Assembly: GCA_040954595.2 (NCBI GenBank)
Contig: CM082577.2
Location: forward strand, 14,329,903 to 14,393,902
Source: Balanoglossus misakiensis
Lineage: Eukaryota; Animalia; Hemichordata
Direction: 5' to 3'
DNA length: 64,000 nucleotides
Positions 63,604-64,000 of this stretch are shown in pieces. The position numbers and the translations under genes were made by a program. The notes under the pieces are model-generated. The model did not search any database, was not told where the DNA came from, and saw only the letters and a list, made by a program, of their open reading frames with translations. Positions within the stretch are counted from its first letter, which is position 1, and every line of letters begins with the position of its first letter.

Positions 63604-64000
63604 GTATAGCGTTTTTGTTTGTAAAATATTATTTCACTAGGCGATTTATTTTTAAAACAGCTGAAAACGCACTTTCTGTGTGGCTCAGCATTTATGTTTT
63701 CCATGACGTTTTGCTTGGTTTTCCCCCAAACCAACAGTTTTCTCCAAAAAACTTTTTCCTTACTTCACTGTATGGTGTGGACAGAATTAACGAGGAGGGG
63801 CGACTTTAGGGAGAGTTAACATTTCCATGTATATATGTGCGTACATAGGTGTAGGGGCCCGAGGGGAGAGCAGAGTGTGAAGAGAGGGGGCGAGTTAAAA
63901 GAGCAGAGAGGGGAGAAGAAAGGAGAGGGGAGCGTGGAAAAGAGAAACACCTGATTCACGTCGTTTCTTTATCGGAGAGAGGAGGAGGGTGAGGTTAGGG

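Overview
Eukaryotic, intron-rich animal DNA. CMAH, a FReD lectin, a GAL3ST and the repeat content suggest an invertebrate deuterostome such as a hemichordate (inference). From left to right: a 4-exon secreted fibrinogen-related (FReD) gene; a tandem array of ~2-kb units encoding three small conotoxin-style prepropeptides (signal, pro-region, KR site, Cys/Pro-rich peptide), interrupted by a Crypton-like and a TTAA-flanked element; a 13-exon CYP3-clan P450 pseudogene; an O-fucosyltransferase-like gene; a Gal-3-O-sulfotransferase apparently fused to a C-terminal MAM domain; and the 5' part of CMAH, with a ~3.06-kb tandem macro-repeat in intron 1. The standout is a young, full-length 5,648-bp IS3EU-type DNA transposon (23789-29436; ~0.45-kb TIRs, 6-bp TSD GGATCG) inside the CYP intron. 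It carries an intact DDE transposase and, convergently, a HECT E3 ubiquitin ligase preceded by a TDP-43 N-terminal-domain-like segment. All calls come from manual reading and translation; no database search was run.
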